Source of the DNA: Hydrurus foetidus
Lineage: Eukaryota
Length of the DNA: 43,077 bases
NCBI GenBank assembly: GCA_900617105.1
Contig: UYFQ01000011.1
Span: 62,001 to 105,077 of the forward strand
Reading direction: 5' to 3'
Of the stretch, positions 1-8,831 are shown piece after piece. Each line of letters begins with the position of its first letter. Position 1 is the first letter of the stretch. Made by a program: the position numbers and the translations under genes. The notes beneath the pieces are model-generated. The model made no database searches. It was not told the DNA's origin and worked only from the letters and a program-made list of their open reading frames with translations.

Positions 1-814
1 CGCCAAGCGCCTGGTGGACCGCGAGTTCAACCTCTCCAACAGCGCCAAGAGCCCGCCGTACAACCTCGTCGTGGGCGGAAAGTGGACCGAGGACGAAGAG
101 GGCGCCGTGAGCGTAGAAGAGGGCATTGCCAAGACGCTGAACCTCAAGCTGGGCGACAGCCTGCGCTTTGACATCGGCGGTATGCAAACCGAATCCAAGA
201 TCACCTCGCTGCGCAAAGTGGACTGGGGCTCCATGCGCGCCAACTTCTTTGTGATGTACCCGGTGGCCGTGCTCAAGGACGTGCCCAGCACCTTCATGGG
301 CGCCTTCAAGGCGCCCGAGACCAAGGGCTTTGACAACGCGTTGGTGCGCCAATTTCCCAACGTGACCGATGTGGACATGACCACCACCATCAACCAGGTG
401 CAGCGCGTGCTGGACCAGGTGATACGTGCGGTGGAGTTTTTGTTTGGCTTCACGCTGGCCGCCGGCCTGGTGGTGCTGTTTGCCGCAGTCACCGCCACGC
501 GCGAGGACCGCGCACGCGAGTTCGCCATCATGCGGGCTGTGGGCGCAGGCAGCAGCCTGCTGCGCCAGGTGCAGCGCACCGAGTTGGCCGGTGTCGGCCT
601 GCTGGCGGGCTTTCTGGCGTCCATCGTGGCTGCTGCCGTAGGCTGGGCGCTGGCGCGCTACGTGTTCGAGTTCGACTGGACCGTGTCGCTGTGGGTGCCA
701 CTGCTAGGCGCACTGGCCGGCGCCGTGCTGGCGCTGGCCGCCGGCTGGTGGGGCCTGCGCGATGTGCTGCGTCGCCCGGTGGTGGAGACGCTGCGGCGGG
801 CGTCTACCAATTGA
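1..814 (+). CDS. ABC transporter permease (FtsX/YbbP-like), 5'-truncated by window edge
   Basis: 'SLRKVDWGSMRANFFVM' and 'REFAIMRAVGA' plus C-terminal TM helices typical of YbbP-type permeases; frame is open to the window start. Confidence 0.85.
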   Translation, partial: AKRLVDREFNLSNSAKSPPYNLVVGGKWTEDEEGAVSVEEGIAKTLNLKLGDSLRFDIGGMQTESKITSLRKVDWGSMRANFFVMYPVAVLKDVPSTFMGAFKAPETKGFDNALVRQFPNVTDVDMTTTINQVQRVLDQVIRAVEFLFGFTLAAGLVVLFAAVTATREDRAREFAIMRAVGAGSSLLRQVQRTELAGVGLLAGFLASIVAAAVGWALARYVFEFDWTVSLWVPLLGALAGAVLALAAGWWGLRDVLRRPVVETLRRASTN

Positions 815-854
815 CGTAGCCAAATTTGCTTCAGTCGAAGCAAAAATGGCTACG
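815..854. repeat. Imperfect hairpin after the permease stop (possible terminator or degenerate copy of the dispersed motif)
   Basis: CGTAGCCAaaTTTGCTTC-agtc-GAAGCAAAaaTGGCTACG. Confidence 0.5.
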
Positions 855-879
855 CAGTAGCTCTTGTATTTCAATTGAA

Positions 880-927
880 TGTCTGTAATATTAGTCATTA
901 ATTAGATTAAGACTAAAATTACGGACA
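880..927. promoter_or_regulatory. Putative autoregulatory operator of the TA operon (17-bp inverted repeat)
   Basis: TGTCTGTAATATTAGTC (880-896) vs GACTAAAATTACGGACA (911-927), 15/17 complementary; AT-rich; abuts the antitoxin ATG. Confidence 0.65.
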
Positions 928-1268
928 TGAAGTACGAGGAAAAACCCCTTATTGCACCCCGGCATCTGGCGGAAGCCCAGGCGCTCGGTGCCAAGCTGGC
1001 CCGATTGCGGCAGGCCCGCAAAATCCGCCAAGCCGATGCGGCTGCGCGTGCCGGTTTGTCCCGTTCCACTGCGGTCTTGATCGAAAAGGGCGACGCTAGC
1101 CGCACGCTTGGCCAGATTTACCGCTACCTGGAGGCCATCGCCCCGGGGCTGTCGCTGCCAGCCTTGCTGCAAGAGAGCGACCCTTCGCTCAGCGCTCTGG
1201 CGCAGGCAGAGGCTACCCAGCGCGTGCGCCCCATGTCTGCCACTGAACTGCAGTCGCTGGACTTCTGA
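927..1268 (+). CDS. XRE-family HTH antitoxin (HipB-like)
   Basis: 'LRQARKIRQADAAARAGLSRSTAVLIEKG' HTH; TGATG overlap with the HipA-like gene. Confidence 0.8.
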   Translation: MKYEEKPLIAPRHLAEAQALGAKLARLRQARKIRQADAAARAGLSRSTAVLIEKGDASRTLGQIYRYLEAIAPGLSLPALLQESDPSLSALAQAEATQRVRPMSATELQSLDF

Positions 1269-2578
1269 TGCCCCAGCGCACGCTCTATGTATTCACGCAC
1301 CTGACCGAAGGCTGGGCGCCCGCCGGGCGCCTGTCGCTCACCCAGGAGCGCGATGTTGTGGCCTCCAGCTTCGCCTACGGCACCCGATACATCGATCGGC
1401 CAGATGCCTTTGAGATCGACCCCGTCAGCCTGAGCTTGGCAGACAAGGCGCGTGTGCGCGGTGCAGAGCTGTTCCCCATCAATCAGCTCAGCCAGTTTGG
1501 CGGTATTCGCGATGCTGCACCCGATGCCTGGGGCCGCCGCGTGATCGAAGCCCAGCGCCGCGTCCCCGCCAATAGCCTGACGGAGGCCGACTATTTGCTG
1601 GGCGCGGGCAGCGACCGTGTGGGCGCACTGGATGTGCGCGAGTCGCTGGACAGCCCGGTACACGCGGGCGCAGCGCCCATTCGCTCGCTGCCCTACATGC
1701 TGGAGGCCGCCGAGCGCATTGAGCAAGGCCTGCCCATACCCGCCGCCTTGGCCGATGTGTTTGGAGCCGGCCCCAGCGCGGGTGGTGCGCGGCCCAAGGC
1801 CTCAGTGCGCGACGAGGCGGGCGCGCTCTGGCTGGCCAAGTTCGCGGCCGTGGGCGACACCCTGGACATGGCCTGGGCCGAGAGCTGCACACTGCAACTG
1901 GCCGGCCGCTGCGGCTTAGCGGTGCCCGAGGTCAAGGTCGTGGACATCGGCGGAAAATCGGTGCTGCTGGTGCGCCGTTTTGACCGCACCGTGGCTGACA
2001 CCGATATTGAACGTCGCCTGCCCTTTGTCAGCGGCCTGACGCTGGTGGCCTGCGATGAATTCGAATCTCGTACCAAAGGCTACGGCCATTTGGCGCAGGC
2101 CATTCGCGAGCATGTGCACCCCAGCCTGATACGCGCCAACTGCGAAGAGCTGTTTGGCCGCATGGTGTTCAACATCTTTGTCAGCAACGATGACGACCAC
2201 CTGCGCAACCACGGCTTTTTGCGCAACGCGCAACTCCCCGGCTGGTCGCTCAGCCCGCTCTACGACGTGGTGCCACGCCCCAGCGTGGCCTTTGAGCGCC
2301 AGCTGCATTTGCAAGTGGGGCCGCAGGGCAAGCTGGCCACGCTGGACAACGCCATGTCCTCTTACAGCGCCTTCACCCCGCAGCGCACAACGGCCTTGGC
2401 CATCATCCGCCGCGTCTGGGGCGAGCTGCGCCAATGGCGCACCACCTTTGAAGAACTCGGCGGCGGCTATCCTGGTATGGGCCGCCTGCTGGACCAACTG
2501 GGCCCGGCCATGCGCGACCTGGACGCCATTGCCTCGCCCGCACTACAAGCTGAAATACGAAAGTCGATTGCGCCATGA
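1268..2578 (+). CDS. hipA: HipA-family Ser/Thr kinase toxin
   Basis: Motifs SAGGARPKA, WLAKF, DDHLRNHGF, LSPLYDV; N-terminal 'FAY...DAAPDAWGR' HipA_N-like region. Confidence 0.85.
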   Translation: MPQRTLYVFTHLTEGWAPAGRLSLTQERDVVASSFAYGTRYIDRPDAFEIDPVSLSLADKARVRGAELFPINQLSQFGGIRDAAPDAWGRRVIEAQRRVPANSLTEADYLLGAGSDRVGALDVRESLDSPVHAGAAPIRSLPYMLEAAERIEQGLPIPAALADVFGAGPSAGGARPKASVRDEAGALWLAKFAAVGDTLDMAWAESCTLQLAGRCGLAVPEVKVVDIGGKSVLLVRRFDRTVADTDIERRLPFVSGLTLVACDEFESRTKGYGHLAQAIREHVHPSLIRANCEELFGRMVFNIFVSNDDDHLRNHGFLRNAQLPGWSLSPLYDVVPRPSVAFERQLHLQVGPQGKLATLDNAMSSYSAFTPQRTTALAIIRRVWGELRQWRTTFEELGGGYPGMGRLLDQLGPAMRDLDAIASPALQAEIRKSIAP

Positions 2579-2985
2579 CAGAAGAAACATCCGAAGCCCC
2601 CACCGGCATCACCCCGTTTGAATGGATTGGCGGCGAGCCCGTGGTCCGCAATCTGGTGGACCGCTTTTACGACCTGATGGACCTGGAGCCCGGCTACACC
2701 GCGCTGCGGGCAGCGCATGGCAGCAGCCTGGACAAGGCGCGGGACCACCTGTTTTGGTTTTTGTGCGGGTGGCTGGGCGGGCCCGATTATTTTGTGGAGC
2801 GCTTTGGCCATCCGCGGCTGCGGGCGCGGCACATGCCGTTCAAGATTGGCATTCTGGAGCGCGACCAGTGGCTGGCCTGCATGGACCAGGCCATGGGTGA
2901 TACGGGCGTGCCCACCGAATTGCGCGAGCGGCTCAAGACCTCGTTCTTCCAGACCGCAGACTGGATGCGCAACGTCGGCGCTTGA
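2575..2985 (+). CDS. Group II truncated hemoglobin
   Basis: 'IGGE..VRNLVDRFY', 'FLCGWLGGP.YF..FGHPRLRARHMPF.IG..ERDQWL'. Confidence 0.9.
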   Translation: MTEETSEAPTGITPFEWIGGEPVVRNLVDRFYDLMDLEPGYTALRAAHGSSLDKARDHLFWFLCGWLGGPDYFVERFGHPRLRARHMPFKIGILERDQWLACMDQAMGDTGVPTELRERLKTSFFQTADWMRNVGA

Positions 2986-2995
2986 AGCGCGCGGT

Positions 2996-3637
2996 CTAGC
3001 GGTTCATCGGCTGTAGCAGCACGACCAGCGCGCCCGCGCCACCCTGTGCGGGCTGGGCCTGCACAAAGGCCACCACCTCGCTCTTTTGCACTAGCCACTT
3101 GTGCACCTTGTCCTTGAGCACCGGTGCCTTGCCGGGCGAGCCCAGGCCCTTGCCGTGCACCACGCGCACGCAGCGTATGCCCTGCTTGTGCGATTCGCGG
3201 ATGAAGGCGCTCAGCGCCTCGCGCGCCTCGTCGCTGCGCAGGCCGTGCAGGTCAATCTGCTTCTGAATGCTCCACTTGCCCTTGCGCAGCTTTTGCGTCA
3301 CATCCGTGCCGACGCCGGGGCGGCGAAAACTCAGGTTGTCGTCGGTGTCCAGCATCGTGGTCACGTCCACCTCGTCGCTGAGGGCCTCCTGCAGCGCGGC
3401 GGCTTCGTCCAGCATTTGTTGCTTGGGGATGGGTTGGGGCGGCGGGGGCGCCAGTGCGGCGCGCTGGGGCGGGGCCATGGTCTGCACCTTGCCAATGGCG
3501 GCCTGAAACAAGTTGCTGGCCGCGGCCTTGCGTTTGGCGTCTGCCGCTTTTTGCAACGCCAGCGCGGCTTCGCGCGAAGCCTGCGCTTCGATTTCTTTTT
3601 TGACCAGCTTGAGGTCGGACAGGGCGGTAATCTTCAT
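2996..3637 (-). CDS. Smr/MutS2 C-terminal domain protein
   Basis: 'IDLHGL', 'VVHGKGLGS', 'GGAGALVVLL'. Confidence 0.9.
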   Translation of the reverse strand: MKITALSDLKLVKKEIEAQASREAALALQKAADAKRKAAASNLFQAAIGKVQTMAPPQRAALAPPPPQPIPKQQMLDEAAALQEALSDEVDVTTMLDTDDNLSFRRPGVGTDVTQKLRKGKWSIQKQIDLHGLRSDEAREALSAFIRESHKQGIRCVRVVHGKGLGSPGKAPVLKDKVHKWLVQKSEVVAFVQAQPAQGGAGALVVLLQPMNR

Positions 3638-3646
3638 GGCAGCCCT

Positions 3647-4366
3647 TTAAATTAAACCGGCCTCGGCCATGGACAGCGCCTGGCCCGGCCCAACAATGAT
3701 GTGGTCCAGCACGCGCACATCGACCAGCGCGAGCGCAGCCTTCAGCGTTTGGGTGAGCGCCTCGTCGGCCCGGCTGGGCTGCACGGTGCCGCTGGGGTGG
3801 TTGTGCGCCAGCACCACGGCGGCGGCGCTATGGTGCAGGGCGCGGATGACGACTTCCCTTGGATAGACGGATGTTTGTGTGAGAGTGCCACGGAACATCT
3901 CGTCCATCGCCAAGAGCTTGTTTTGTGTATCTAAAAACAGCACGGCGAAGACTTCATGGCCTTTGGCAGCCAGGTGTAGCTGCAGGTAGTGCTTGACGGC
4001 CTGCGGGTCGGCAAACACCTCGCGCTCCTGCAGGCGCTGCGCCATGGCGCGGCGCGCCAGCTCCAGCACCGCCACAATCTCCGCGCGCTTGGCCGGGCCC
4101 AGGCCTTTCACGCGCTTGAGGTCGTCTGCGGTGGCGTTCAGCAGGCCGGCTATACCTCCAAACCCGCCCTGGCCCGCGTCTGCATTGCGCGGAGTGCTAT
4201 GGTTTTTGAGTTGCAGCAGCTCGTCCGCCATCTGCAGCACACCCTTGCCGGCAATGCCGGTGCGCAGCAGGATGGCCAGCAGCTCGGCGTCGCTGAGCGC
4301 GCCGGGGCCGCGCGCCAGCAGCTTTTCGCGCGGGCGGGCTTCCAGGGGGAGGTCTTTGAGGGGCAT
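3647..4366 (-). CDS. radC: RadC (JAB domain) protein, intact; 5' half apparently supplied by the island
   Basis: '[23 protein letters not shown]', 'VYPREV', 'HNHPSG...PS.AD', 'LDHII'; ATG at 4366 matches the start of the second copy. Confidence 0.92.
   Translation of the reverse strand: MPLKDLPLEARPREKLLARGPGALSDAELLAILLRTGIAGKGVLQMADELLQLKNHSTPRNADAGQGGFGGIAGLLNATADDLKRVKGLGPAKRAEIVAVLELARRAMAQRLQEREVFADPQAVKHYLQLHLAAKGHEVFAVLFLDTQNKLLAMDEMFRGTLTQTSVYPREVVIRALHHSAAAVVLAHNHPSGTVQPSRADEALTQTLKAALALVDVRVLDHIIVGPGQALSMAEAGLI
4158..4212 (-). repeat. Dispersed motif copy forming an in-frame insertion in radC
   Basis: AACTC-AAAAACC-ATAGC-ACTCCGC-GCA-ATGCAGAC-GCGGGCCAG...TTTGG; same spacing as the 20840 copy, first half-site degenerate. 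Confidence 0.55.
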
Positions 4367-4414
4367 GGGAATGAGGTCGGGCAGTGACAGGTTTTGATCC
4401 ACTGAATTGAAGTC

Positions 4415-4444
4415 AGTTTATCGAGACTTTGATGAGTTCGACAA
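4415..4444 (-). promoter_or_regulatory. Putative sigma70 promoter for the restored radC
   Basis: TTGTCG-N18-TAAACT on the minus strand, within a segment homologous to the fkpB upstream region at 19384-19404. Confidence 0.45.
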
Positions 4445-4879
4445 TTCCCCAGGGACTCTTGCTCACTGACGACGGAATTTTGCAAAACTCAGCGTGTACC
4501 CGTGGATTCAAAGCGCGGCTCGAGCCGAGCCAAAGCGGAAGACGCGACTGATCAACTGGCCGCCTGACGGCGGTCATTTGAGTACGCTCAGATCCAGGCA
4601 ATGAAACACCGCTTGTGAGTAGTCAAATCTGCATCTCGTACTTCGCGTGATGACCAAGTGCGGTCATACAGCATTTAGAGTTGGCGGTCGGAAAAAGGCA
4701 CGAAGCGGTAGTAACGTTTTGCGATTTGTTTGATCCATACCGGCCATTCGTTTGTGATACGGGAAATCAGAAATTCGGCGTTGATGGTTGCAGCCATCTG
4801 GCTGGGAGCATGGCTCGGGTGTGCAACGAATTACACTGCGCCATCGCCCTTGAACATGCAAGCCAGTGTAAATACCACC

Positions 4880-7411
4880 ATGAGTAGACCGAACCCTGCC
4901 CTTTTGGTTGCGCACGTGGGCACCAGCACGCCCCCACAGGCTGCCCAATCAGCCCATCCGTCGGCCTTTGGGCTGCTGCAGCGGGCCCAAATAATGGCGC
5001 ACGACCAAGGCTCTGGCTCAACAATCGATGATCTCGCAGGCCAATCGCCCCAGGCACTGCGCGAAGCGCTGGAAAATCTGCGCGTGCATCAAATTGAGTT
5101 GGAGATGCAAAACGACGAGTTGCGCCGAACCCAAGCTGCACTGAACACCGCAGAGGCGCGATATTTCGACTTTTATGAACCGGCCCCGGTGGGCTATGTC
5201 ACCATCTCCGAACGAGCATCGATCCAGCAGGCCAACCTCACCGCCGCAACGCTGCTAGGCCTGCCCCGCGCCGACCTCGTTGGCAAGGTCTTGTCCGGCT
5301 TTATGACCGCCCCCGACGCTGACCGCTATTACCTTCTGTGCCAACAGGCGCGGACCAGCGGCAGTGCGCAGTCCTGCGAGCTGCGCCTGCGCAAGCCCGA
5401 CGGCCAAGCGGTTTGGGTCAACCTACAAACCATTGCCGCCAAAGGCAACGCTGGCGAAGCGGTGATTCGCGTGGTGTTGAATGACATCAGCGAGCGCAAA
5501 CAAGCCGAAGCACTGAGTGTGGCCGACAACAAACTCAGCGATGCAATACTGGACTCGGTGCCCGCGCACATAGCAGTGCTGGACCAAACGGGAAAGATTG
5601 TGGCGGTCAACCGGGGGTGGCGCGACTTTGCGCTGGACAACAACCCGACATCTGGGCAGCCCGCCAGCCGCACCTGTGTTGGCACCAACTACCTGGACAT
5701 GTGTCAGGGGACAACAGACCTCCCCGACAGTGGCAGCGATGCGGATGGCAGTGTGTCGCTGGTGCGTTATGGCATTTTGAGTGTGATGAATGGTAGCTCG
5801 TCCAGTTTTCAAATCGAATACCCCTGCCACTCACCGACGCGACAGCGCTGGTTTTCGATGACAGTGACACCACTCCACCTAGACAACTATGCGGTGGTCA
5901 TCAGCCACACTGACATCACCCAACGCCTGCAACTCGAGCAGGCAGCCAAAGAAGCCAGTGAAGAAAAATTCAGGCTGGTGGCAGACAACACGTCCGACGG
6001 CATTGTGATCTTTGGCGCGGACAGTCGAATTCAGTATGTTTCGCCTGCCTACGTGAAACAACTGGGCTATAGTGAAACAGAGGAACGAAATAGATCTCCA
6101 GAGCAAATCTACGCCCTGATTCATCCAGAAGACCGCGATGTCCTGTTTGCACAGTTGGAGCAAGCAATTGCAGCCAAAGCGAGTGATCTGCTGTATTCGT
6201 ACCGTATTCGGCATCAGCTTGGCCACACCATCTGGCGCGAAGACCACGCCCGGTTTCAATACGATGGGGCTGGCAACTATGCTGGTTCCTGCGTCGTCGC
6301 CCGCGACATCACCGAGCGCAAACAAACGGCGGAGGCGCTGCGGCACACACAAGCATTGCTAGCGAATGCCGAAAAACTAGGACGAGTTGGCGGCTGGGAG
6401 ATTGATGTTCAAACCCTGCAGACGACTTGGACGGAAGCGGTTTACGACATCTACGAACTGGATAGTATCGACCGACTGACGGTGGATGAGGGCATCAATT
6501 ACTACACGCCCGCGTCGCAGTCGATTATCGAGCAGGCCGTGCAGCGCGCGATCGAGCAGGGCGAGCCGTTTGATTTGGAATTGGAAATCATCAGCGCGAA
6601 AGGCAACCGGCGCAGTGTTCATGCAGTGGGCAAGCCGGACCGGGCGCGCGGCAAAGTCTCAGGCTTTTTTCAGGACATCACCGAGCGCAAGCGCGCCGAG
6701 GCGAGGGTGCAGGAAATGAACCGCAACCTCACCGAATCGCGCCGGCAATTGCGCCAATTGTCAGCGCTCAATGAAGCCAGACTAGAAATAGAAAAGCGGC
6801 ACATAGCACGCGAGGTGCATGACGAACTGGGTCAGACTTTGACTGCGCTGCGTATGGACCTGTCACTGGCGATCATTCGCCATGCTGACCATGTGCCGGA
6901 CCTGCTGGATGCGCTCAACCGCATGAAGATGCAGGTGGACCGGGCCGTTCAGGCTGTGCGCAATGTGGCGACCAGCCTGCGCCCCGCGGTGCTGGACATG
7001 GGCCTGGTCACAGCCCTGGAATGGCTGTGCCAGGAGCTCTCCAAAAATGGCGATGTCAACTGTGTACGGCATGGGTTTGACGAAGGGTTTGAAATTGATG
7101 ATGCCCGTGCGGTAGTGATTTTTCGCATCGTGCAAGAGGCGTTCACCAACATCCGTAAATACGCTCAGGCCACTCAGGTAGACATCACGCTGGAAAGACG
7201 CGAAGCCGAACTGAGCGTTGAGGTGCGCGACTACGGACTTGGCTTTGATCTGGTGGCGGCGGCCCAACGCGGTACCTTGGGCTTGCTGGGTATGCGCGAG
7301 CGCGCCCATGCTCTGGGTGGGCGGCTTGAAGTGGTCAGCACACCGGGGCAAGGCACGGTGATTGAGCTGGAGATTCCGCTTGAGGCCGAATTGGCCAAGG
7401 CGCCCGCATGA
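4880..7411 (+). CDS. Multi-PAS sensor histidine kinase (HisKA_3/NarX-like); start uncertain (4880 or 4991)
   Basis: Four PAS/PAC repeats ending DISERK/DITQR/DITERK; H-box 'IAREVHDELGQ'; 'RIVQEAFTNI.KYA', 'DYGLGF', 'LGLLGMRER'. Confidence 0.88.
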   Translation: MSRPNPALLVAHVGTSTPPQAAQSAHPSAFGLLQRAQIMAHDQGSGSTIDDLAGQSPQALREALENLRVHQIELEMQNDELRRTQAALNTAEARYFDFYEPAPVGYVTISERASIQQANLTAATLLGLPRADLVGKVLSGFMTAPDADRYYLLCQQARTSGSAQSCELRLRKPDGQAVWVNLQTIAAKGNAGEAVIRVVLNDISERKQAEALSVADNKLSDAILDSVPAHIAVLDQTGKIVAVNRGWRDFALDNNPTSGQPASRTCVGTNYLDMCQGTTDLPDSGSDADGSVSLVRYGILSVMNGSSSSFQIEYPCHSPTRQRWFSMTVTPLHLDNYAVVISHTDITQRLQLEQAAKEASEEKFRLVADNTSDGIVIFGADSRIQYVSPAYVKQLGYSETEERNRSPEQIYALIHPEDRDVLFAQLEQAIAAKASDLLYSYRIRHQLGHTIWREDHARFQYDGAGNYAGSCVVARDITERKQTAEALRHTQALLANAEKLGRVGGWEIDVQTLQTTWTEAVYDIYELDSIDRLTVDEGINYYTPASQSIIEQAVQRAIEQGEPFDLELEIISAKGNRRSVHAVGKPDRARGKVSGFFQDITERKRAEARVQEMNRNLTESRRQLRQLSALNEARLEIEKRHIAREVHDELGQTLTALRMDLSLAIIRHADHVPDLLDALNRMKMQVDRAVQAVRNVATSLRPAVLDMGLVTALEWLCQELSKNGDVNCVRHGFDEGFEIDDARAVVIFRIVQEAFTNIRKYAQATQVDITLERREAELSVEVRDYGLGFDLVAAAQRGTLGLLGMRERAHALGGRLEVVSTPGQGTVIELEIPLEAELAKAPA
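6378..6690 (+). repeat. PAS module copy 1 (shared with the GGDEF/EAL gene)
   Basis: 313 bp; about 28 mismatches and no gaps vs 13464-13776 by manual comparison. Confidence 0.9.
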
Positions 7412-8040
7412 TCCGGCTGTTGGTTGCCGATGACCATGCCATCGTGCGCGGTGGGTTGAAGCAGCTTTTTGCGCTGTCCCCGGACATGCAGGTGGTCGCG
7501 GAGGCGGCCAGCGGTGCCGAAGTGCTGGCGTGCCTTAACCAGCAGCCGGTGGACCTGTTGTTGCTGGACCTGAATATGCCCGGCATCAGTGGCGTGGATT
7601 TGATCGCGCAGGTCAAGGCGCAACAGAACGATCTGCCGATACTCATGTTCAGCATGCACAACGAGCCGCTGGTGGCGGCGCGCATGCTCAAGGCTGGCGC
7701 GAGCGGCTACATCACCAAAAACTGCGAGCCTGACATTTTGCTGGCGGCCGTGCGCAAGGTGGCGGCAAAGAGTAACTACATTGATCCGGATATTGCTCAA
7801 AGAATGGCGCTTGAGGCCCTATCCACCGCCTCGCGCCCACTCCATGCCCTGCTGTCGGAGCGTGAATTTGAAGTATTTCACTTGTTGACCACCGGCCTGG
7901 GAGTCAATGACATTGCCACTCAACTCGACATCAGTCGCCAAACCGTCAGCACCCACAAGGCACGGCTGCTGGAAAAGCTAAACCTCGCGAGCATGGCCGA
8001 ACTGATGCGCTACGCCATGCAGCACCACTTGCTGGGCTGA
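7408..8040 (+). CDS. NarL/LuxR-family response regulator
   Basis: 'VADDH', 'LLDLNMPG', C-terminal 'LSEREFEV...IA.QL.IS..TVSTHK' HTH; ATGA overlap with the kinase. Confidence 0.92.
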   Translation: MIRLLVADDHAIVRGGLKQLFALSPDMQVVAEAASGAEVLACLNQQPVDLLLLDLNMPGISGVDLIAQVKAQQNDLPILMFSMHNEPLVAARMLKAGASGYITKNCEPDILLAAVRKVAAKSNYIDPDIAQRMALEALSTASRPLHALLSEREFEVFHLLTTGLGVNDIATQLDISRQTVSTHKARLLEKLNLASMAELMRYAMQHHLLG

Positions 8041-8273
8041 GCACCTGGTGGTAGGCCAAGGCCTACACCGCGTCAGCCGATGAAGACATCAAAATCAACG
8101 CCGGCCGATAGCGCGAACGCCGCCGGTGGGTAAACATATCCAGGAGAGCGCAATTGATGATCCAGAACTGATTCGCAGCAGCCTGCACGCACTGCCTGCA
8201 GCGTCGCCGGCATTGCAGCCTCGGTTCGGCCACTGATAAATTCGCCAACCTTTCTTTACCCACAGGATGCAAT

Positions 8274-8762
8274 ATGAAGTCAACATTGAAATTGATCGCC
8301 ACGGTACTGGTCTTGTGCGCTGCTTCGGCGTACGCAGAAACACCCAAGGAAACTATTGCAGCCTTGGAAGCCCGTTTGACCAAAATTGGAGAGGCCAAGC
8401 TCGATGGAACTGAAAAAGCGGGCGAGTTGTCGGTGCCGGGCCTTTTTTTTGGTGCCCGCAAAATCAACGGTAACTACGACGTGGTCGACGAAATCAAAAA
8501 GGCCTCTGGCGCAACCGCCACTGTTTTTGTGAAGAGTGGTGATGAATTTGTGCGCGTGAGCACCAATGTGCTGACCCCGGAAGGCAAGCGGGGCGTTGGC
8601 ACTGCGCTGGCGCGCGCCAAAGCCTACGAGGCAGTGAGCAAGGGTGAACAGTTCTGCGGCCCGGTCGATGTGTTGGGCACTGCCTTTGATGCTTGCTACA
8701 ACCCCGTCAAAGACAAGGCCGGCAAGGTGATCGGCGCAACTTATGTCGGCTACAAGAAGTAG
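8274..8762 (+). CDS. Stand-alone periplasmic Cache-domain protein (Cache_3/Cache_2-like)
   Basis: Signal peptide ending AYA; 'ATATVFVKSGDEFVRVSTNV...GKRGVGT.L', 'Y.PVKD..GKVIGA.YVG'. Confidence 0.8.
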   Translation: MKSTLKLIATVLVLCAASAYAETPKETIAALEARLTKIGEAKLDGTEKAGELSVPGLFFGARKINGNYDVVDEIKKASGATATVFVKSGDEFVRVSTNVLTPEGKRGVGTALARAKAYEAVSKGEQFCGPVDVLGTAFDACYNPVKDKAGKVIGATYVGYKK

Positions 8763-8781
8763 GTTTTTAAACGCACATTAG

Positions 8782-8816
8782 AAACGCTTGCAGCCGCTAC
8801 GCTGCAAGCGTTTTTT
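8782..8816 (+). terminator. Rho-independent terminator between the Cache gene and MCP
   Basis: AAACGCTTGCAGC-cgctac-GCTGCAAGCGTTT followed by a T-run. Confidence 0.75.
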
Positions 8817-8831
8817 ATTGGAGAAAGCACG

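Noticed and set aside
8085..8111. Sigma28 promoter upstream of the Cache-MCP genes (GCCGATAG)
   Set aside because: No TAAA-like -35 element at the correct spacing
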